Shown in pieces: positions 58,434 through 64,000 of a DNA stretch of 64,000 nt; the stretch's first letter is position 1, and each line of letters opens with the position of its first letter. The position numbers were made by a program, and so were the translations under genes. The notes beneath the pieces were generated by a model. That model was not told the origin of the DNA. It made no database searches and was given only the letters and a program-made list of their open reading frames with translations. This DNA is from Lama guanicoe (lineage: Eukaryota), in contig MU054204.1 in NCBI GenBank assembly GCA_013239625.1, positions 805,537 to 869,536 of the forward strand. The letters are read 5' to 3'.

Positions 58434-58835
58434 TGATCAGAAGGCTCATGTACCAAATAGTGTCTAAACCTATGTGTGTGAGCATCACCACCTGCCTGCA
58501 ATGACAAAGCCCGTCCCCTTGCACTACATGTGTGCACAGCGGGTAATGAGGAAAGCTACTCTTCCACATGCTTCCAGCAGTCTGCTAAAAAGAAGACTCA
58601 CCTTTCTGTGTGTGGAGAGGAAGAAACATTTCCTTGCACACTGAGCATATGAATATGATGATAATAAAGATGTTTGTTCTCACACGAACCTCCTAGACAA
58701 GAAGGCCACTGCATCCTGACAACACCCAGAAGCCATTCAATAAATGTTTATCAAAGAAATGAATGAATGAATGAATGAATGAATGGGAGGGAAGGGTAAT
58801 CTACGAACACTTTGCACTTGTCCATGTCAGACAAG

Positions 58836-58914
58836 GCTCACCCTCTTAGAATCCTTGTAGCAGAGCCCTGCACTGAGTACTCAGGCCCAGGTACCAAGGG
58901 CAGGGGAGACGGAG
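58836..58914 (-). pseudogene. Decayed miR-500/362-like hairpin
   Basis: The minus strand has CCTTGGTACCTGGG (5p-like) and CAAGGATTCTAAGAGGGTGAGCC (3p end and flank). Confidence 0.6.
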
Positions 58915-59386
58915 TAAATCTGACCATGCACCTGCCCGCCCTAGGTAAGACAGATGGGGACACACAGAGACAGAGAGAGATGGAAATACAGAGACAGATA
59001 TTATGGTAATATAAAGATATAGGCTGTTCACATCTCCCTACTGGATGGTATAAGATGAGAAACAAGAAGGGACCCCTGCCCTTCACCCCCATCCAATTCA
59101 AAAAGAACCTGCATCGAGCATCTTAAGGAAGTTCAGTGTTGCCTGCAGGTCCTGGGAGATAAGGGACCTCTTATGAACGCAGACTCCCACACATCCAGTA
59201 GGTATGAAGCTTCTCCATGATTCTGCACATCTCTCCATCCTCAGAGGATAAAATTCATTCTCCTAAAGGTGCCCACCGGAGGACCTGTCTGGTGATTCTG
59301 TCTGTCTTGTTCATTACTGTACCTCAACACAGTGCCTGACACGTGGTGGAAACTCTGCACACATTCAAGAAGGCAAGAAGGGAGAC

Positions 59387-59440
59387 ATAAGGGCACTCTG
59401 TTCTGCCCTTTGTATAAGGGCACTCTGTTCTGCCTTTTGT
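59387..59440 (+). repeat. 27-bp tandem duplication
   Basis: ATAAGGGCACTCTGTTCTGCC(C/T)TTTGT twice, with one mismatch. Confidence 0.9.
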
Positions 59441-59446
59441 AGGCGA

Positions 59447-59534
59447 GGTTCCGTCTCTCTGAAGCCTTGATCGGAGACAGTACTTGAGATAGGACTCACC
59501 TCTGGGCTGAGAAGGAGGGAGGGAAGGAGGGAGC
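59447..59534 (-). pseudogene. Decayed miR-500/362-like hairpin
   Basis: Plus-strand tctctgaagccttg...gataggact parallels miR-502 tctctgaatccttg...gacagcact. Confidence 0.55.
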
Positions 59535-59918
59535 GGGTGAGAAGGCTCTGGTCCCTGCCCACAGCCCTGTGTGTGGAAGGCAGGAAGGGAATGAAGAGAG
59601 AGTTCACTCTCCGGCACTCAGTGCACCTGAGCACACAGACGTTATTTAATAAGGACATTGCTTCTAGAACACAGATAAGCCCAGCAGACAGAGAGCCGCA
59701 AATCCCTAACTCTTCTGTTTTCCTGCGCTTCCCAAATACCCACCAGTCACCCAAAAAGTCTTACTGGGAAGGAAGAGGGGACGGAAAGAGGGAAGGTAGG
59801 AAGGAGGGAGTGAGGAAGGAAAGAGGGAGGGTAACAGGGAGGGAGGGAGAGAGAGGGGGAGGGAGAAGGAAGGGAGGGGGGAAGGGATGTAGAGGCTCTG
59901 TCCTTCCTGGTGCAGTTC

Positions 59919-60004
59919 AGCCCACCTTCTCTGAATCCTTGCCCAGGTGCATTGCATCAAGACAGCACTAGCACCTAGAGAGCAAGGATTAGAGAGGGCT
60001 AGCA
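59919..60004 (-). ncRNA. MIR502: pre-miR-502
   Basis: 59932-59953 is the reverse complement of AAUGCACCUGGGCAAGGAUUCA (miR-502-3p). The 5p arm reads AUCCUUGCUCUCUAGGUGCUA. It is the last known cluster member, about 1.3 kb downstream of miR-660. Confidence 0.93.
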
Positions 60005-60355
60005 GGACAGAAGGCTCACGCACCCACAACGCTCAATGCAGAGAAGGTTCTCTGTTACCTAGCTCTGCATGAGAGCAGGAAGAAGTCTGCACATGTGTGC
60101 GTCTGGAGGGGAATTCATAAGAAGCCCCAACCTGTGACCCATCCAAACCCAACACAATTAGGTGGCATGGAAGTCCTTTGTCCTACAAGCATCCTTTGAG
60201 ACAAGGACCAAGTTCATCTTGCATACTACATACACCCAGTGCCCGACCCAGCGACAGCACATTTGCTCAATAAATACTTGGGGAAGGGAGAGGACAGAGG
60301 AAAGGAAGGGAGATATGATTTACAGGTGCTTTGTCCTTCTCCCTGCAGAAAAGGG

Positions 60356-60435
60356 CCCTGCCTAGAGTCCTGGAGAAGGCACACCACATCATGCTAGGAC
60401 ACACATCTGGGTGGGAAGGACAGGAAAGGGGGAGC
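60356..60435 (-). pseudogene. Decayed miR-500-like hairpin
   Basis: Aligns without gaps to the miR-500 hairpin at 63306-63389 (GCTCCCCCT...TCCTT...AGGAcTCT), roughly 60% identity by eye. Confidence 0.6.
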
Positions 60436-60746
60436 AGAGCAGGAGACTCAGGACGTACACACCACCTGCACATCTGTGGGAGGGGATAAACAGAAGCCTG
60501 GTTCCCCACAACCTGAGCCCACAGAGTCACAGGCATTGTCATAAGAAAGCTGACAGTCCCAGGGCCACTAGACAGCGAGGCTGGTATCTCCGACTGGTTA
60601 GTTCACCATGGCGCCCTCAAACAGCAGGAGCTCGGTGAATGTGTTAAGTGGATGGACAAGGAAATGCACACACAAATAAGTGACTGGAAGAACAGCCAAG
60701 CACAGGAAGGGAAGTTCTGTACAGGCTCTGTCCTACACGGAGACCA

Positions 60747-60830
60747 GGTTCACAGCCTTGCCTTCTTGCACAAGCCGGCTGTATGAAGCTAGCACTCACA
60801 CCTAGGTTGCCAGGGAAGGGGACAGGAAGC
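60747..60830 (-). pseudogene. Decayed miR-362-like hairpin
   Basis: 60790-60808 on the minus strand is AACCTAGGTGTGAGTGCTA, identical over 19 nt to the recalled pre-miR-362 5p arm and loop. The seed and 3p arm have diverged. Confidence 0.65.
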
Positions 60831-61211
60831 CAAAATCACAGTCCCAGCACCTGCACACAAGACGTCCTTTTGAGTGTGTGTGTACAAGGAAGTCAGCACT
60901 TCTGCAGACAAGGGTAAATAATAACCAAGCCTCTCTCCTGCCTTTTGGTTTGGTGTGGAAATGTGTCTCTATTTAGGTGCGTACATGTGGATGTCTGTGT
61001 GTCCAGGGGAACACGGGTACACACAGGAGAATGAGAGTGAGCGCTTGTTTTCCAGGCTTGGGGCAGTTCATTCCCCATACACCTCCAGGAGACAGGAAGT
61101 CCTGTAACGAGAAAAGCTGTCTCACTCTCGGCACGATGCTCCCAGCCCAGGGCATAGCACAAAGAAAGTGATCAATGAATATGTGCTGGGTGGATTGTTC
61201 AGCAGAATGTG

Positions 61212-61308
61212 CTCGAGGACAGGGCTCGCTCTCCTGTAATCCATGCATATAGGAGGTGCTTTGAGAATTCACAACTCCGATATGCAATGGGTATGGGAGA
61301 AGGAGCAG
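61212..61308 (-). ncRNA. MIR660: pre-miR-660
   Basis: 61272-61293 is the reverse complement of UACCCAUUGCAUAUCGGAGUUG (miR-660-5p). The 3p arm at 61237-61257 reads ACCUCCUAUAUGCAUGGAUUA. Confidence 0.96.
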
Positions 61309-61648
61309 TTCATTCTTCCGCACGTCACGTGTGTGTGCGTGTGTGTGCAGTGTTCTGTGCATACCCTGCAAAGTAACGATAAGGCTCTTCCTTGATAGAG
61401 TCTTGTGAGTTCTCTTAACTTCCTCTGCTCGCCAAGTGTGTGGTTCTGGAGGAGGTGGGGAGTCCTGAGCAGATGGGCCACCTCCACCCCCCGCCACAGC
61501 TCACGGTGGGTGGGGGGACGCAGCACTGGGCACGTGCATAAGAAATGGGGGAGTGCATCCCCTTCCACCCTCTATGGGGCCAAGTCCCTTGGAGGCTTAG
61601 CCCTTGCCCAACTTGCTTGTCACCGCATCCCCAGCATTTACGCTCAAT

Positions 61649-61828
61649 CAGTGACTCTCAAACTTGAGCGGACATCAGAATCAGGAGGAAGGCTTGTTAG
61701 ATTACAGAGGGCTGTGGTTCATAACTTAGTAGGTCAGGGGCAGGGCCCCCAGATTTGCATTTTTAACAGCTGCCCAGGTGATATGGAGGCCACTGGTGCA
61801 GTGACCACACTTTGAGAGCCACCACTCT
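61649..61828. mobile_element. MER5A-like hAT element inside the miRNA cluster
   Basis: cagtgactctcaaactt ... tttgcatttttaacag ... accacactttgagagccaccact with inverted ends. Confidence 0.75.
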
Positions 61829-62490
61829 AAATGGACAGTAAAGGAATGAAAGAACGGGAGGGGTGATGCACAGACTTACCACTGTTTTAAACATGGATGA
61901 GATTCCCTCTCTGTGAATTTTCATACAAGGGCAATGGACCAGGACAGTATTTGTCCCTGAGTACCAAGAATGAGAGAAGGGCGTGAAAAGAAGGCTCAGG
62001 TCTCTTCAGACTGGTGTATCAGCGTGTGTGTGTACAAGAAACCACTCTCCTGCTCACAGGTGATTTTCCTATGATTATACAAAGGTGACGTGCCCTTTCT
62101 GCACATGCATGCGTGAGATAAGCCATAAGTAAAGGCAACTTTCATCCCAGCTCTGGCTGGAGACAGAGCACGTAGAAAGCTCACTGCCTCGCACAGTGGA
62201 CACAGGTTAGAGGACGCTGTTAATGACAGTCGGTGTCCTGCACACTCATGGATGAAGCTCCAGGTGTGGATGACACACCTTCTGTGTTTCTATCCTGCAT
62301 GCTCTGTGTGTGTGCACGTGTGGGTACAGGGGGGGCTCACCTTTCTGCCTACAGTGTGTTCGCGTGTGAGCACACAGAGAGGGAAAGACAAGGCTCCCTC
62401 CCACACACAGCAGCGTGAACGGGAAAAACAGTAACTCCCTATCGATGGGAGGGTTAGGAAAGCTGATGGTAGCGGGACAAACAGCACAAC

Positions 62491-62579
62491 AGGCTCCATC
62501 TCCTGCCCTTGCTGCAAGTGGGAGTCTCAGCCCACAGGTCTACGTTGCTGAGCGTGTCTGGGAGGTGGGGGGGGGCAGG
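62491..62579 (-). pseudogene. Decayed miR-188/532-like hairpin
   Basis: Minus-strand CTCCCACTTGCAGCAAGGGCAGGAGATGGAGCC resembles the recalled miR-188 3' arm CUCCCACAUGCAGGGUUUGCAGGAUGGCGAGCC. Confidence 0.5.
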
Positions 62580-62891
62580 TTGAGAAATTCACTCTGGCGT
62601 AACCTGCACGTCTTTGTGTTTGCAGAACGCGCACAAGGAACAGAGAAAATAGAGATCTCCTTCATTCCTCTGAATGGTGGCCTCTTAGTCCACAGCATCC
62701 AAATGTCATAGTGTGTTTATTACCCCACCAGAATGGAAGGGTAGCAACTGTGTCCATTTTGATCTCTGCTACATTCTCTGTGATGACACAGTCCCTTGGC
62801 ATCTAGTAGACCCTCAAGTATCTGGGGAAGGAAGGGAAAGGGGGAGGGAGAGTCGCCACACAGCAGCTCTGTCCATCTAAATGTAGACAAT

Positions 62892-62965
62892 GCTCCTTCC
62901 CTTGGAGTCCTCAATGGGGTCAGTGATTCAAGACAGCACCGGCTCCCAGACTGAATGAGGGAGGT
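62892..62965 (-). pseudogene. Decayed miR-502-like hairpin
   Basis: Shares tcaagacagcac (62928-62939) exactly with the miR-502 loop at 59957-59968, with colinear flanks. Confidence 0.6.
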
Positions 62966-63305
62966 GATGCACCTGGCCAGGCCCCCTTTGTGCCATGTGT
63001 CTGTGCATGTGCACCCAGCTGGGCCCTTCTCCTGCAGAGTGCATTTCTGTGGGACTGTACTGAGGTTGAGAAGATTTTCGTACACACAGCTGTCTGTGCC
63101 CAGGATGGGGAGTGACCATATCAAGCCCCATTGTGCAGGCTGCACATGTGGGTATGATGAATGAAAAGGAGTCCGTTCTCCACCCTGCAGAGAGGGGCCA
63201 GATGTGGCTCCTTCCCCTGTGGGCCAGCTGTCCAGCACAGCAGGAGGCAGTTGGAGAAAGGAAGGAAGGAGGTGGTAGAGGGGCTCCGTCCGAGGTGAAG
63301 ATGGT

Positions 63306-63389
63306 GCTCCCGCTCTCAGAATCCTTGCCCAGGTGCATTGCATTCAGAAAGCACTCTCACCCAGGTAGCAAGGATTAGAGAGGGGGAGC
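63306..63389 (-). ncRNA. MIR500: pre-miR-500 (at the syntenic position of miR-500b)
   Basis: Minus strand GCTCCCCCTCTCTAATCCTTGCTACCTGGGTGAGAGTGCTTTCTGAATGCAATGCACCTGGGCAAGGATTCTGAGAGCGGGAGC. Both arms match the recalled miR-500 5p/3p and are complementary. Confidence 0.95.
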
Positions 63390-63919
63390 CAGAAGAGAAG
63401 TTTCCAGCCCCTGCATGCCTGGCATGTGTGTTCCACAGGAAGGCTCACCATTCTTGCCCAGTGCATTTCCACAGGACTGAATTAAAATTAAGAGATGGCT
63501 GTACACCAGAAATCAACACAATGTAACTGACTATACTTCAATTAAAAATAAATTTTAAAAATAAACTTTTTAAACAAGAGACAGTTCTATACATATCAGT
63601 GTGAGAACAGTAAGATGTGCCGCGTTTGTTTGTAAGTTGGGAGTAGGGTGGGTAGATAAGTCCCCTATGTGGCCCACTCACCCTCACACATGCACCCTCA
63701 CACATGACAAAGTCCTGCTCCCCTCCCTGGACTGTAAGACCCAGGAAGGGCAGGGGCCAAGTCTGTCTGGTCCATCTTCTGGGTCCCATGCCCAGCACAG
63801 TGCCTAATAAATATTATTTGTGGAAGTAAAGGATGAGTAAAGACCAGACGGCAGGCAGACATGCAGCAGGCAGCTGAGAGGTGATGTCCAGACCCTCTGT
63901 CCTGCTCCATGTAGAGCAG

Positions 63920-64000
63920 GCTCACTCTTGAGAATCTCTGCTCTGGTACACTGCACTCAGAAAATCCTCTCCCCCAGGGACAAAGGAGAGGAGGGGAACA
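63920..64000 (-). pseudogene. Diverged miR-501-like hairpin at the window edge
   Basis: Minus strand ...CTCCTTTGTCCCTGGGGGAGAGGATTTTCTGAGTGCAGTGTACCAGAGCAGAGATTCTCAAGAGTGAGC is colinear with the recalled pre-miR-501, but both seeds are altered. Confidence 0.7.

Noticed and set aside
61380..62200. Possible additional hairpin relics (aaggctc at about 61381 and 61991; agaaagctcac at about 62174)
   Set aside because: Only short motif matches with no convincing colinear alignment by eye. Needs a profile search.
59365..63378. Several 100-207 aa ORFs in the miRNA region
   Set aside because: GC-rich, low-complexity, overlapping on both strands, with no recognisable domain or splice structure.
58240..64000. 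CRISPR-like reading of the periodic array
   Set aside because: Eukaryotic intron. The units are hundreds of bp and highly diverged, not short identical repeats with spacers.

Overview
Mammalian genomic DNA, most likely camelid given the abundant tRNA-Ala-derived Vic-1-type SINEs. The whole window lies inside CLCN5 (ClC-5, a 2Cl-/H+ exchanger) on the minus strand. Eight coding exons are resolved with GT-AG boundaries and a continuous reading frame: 37520-37374, 17914-17763, 15026-14927, 10400-10213, 6914-6792, 5943-5737, 2246-2166 and 1938-1396. The gene runs off both ends of the window. A probable internal promoter and non-coding first exon for the short isoform lies at about 19.0-20.6 kb. 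The last 6 kb hold the distal part of the intronic miR-532~502 cluster (miR-500, miR-660, miR-502). The most interesting observation is that these three miRNAs sit in a periodic array of about 400-600 bp units, each with an L2 3' fragment, a purine tract, a 'ctctgtcc' motif and a hairpin. At least eight more units carry decayed or diverged miR-188/362/500/501/502-like hairpins. The rest is intronic repeat (L1, SINE, LTR, hAT/mariner MITEs) with several unusual insertion structures. All comparisons to human sequences are from memory and need database confirmation. Almost all ORFs in the supplied track are spurious. I found no evidence of a wholly new gene system.
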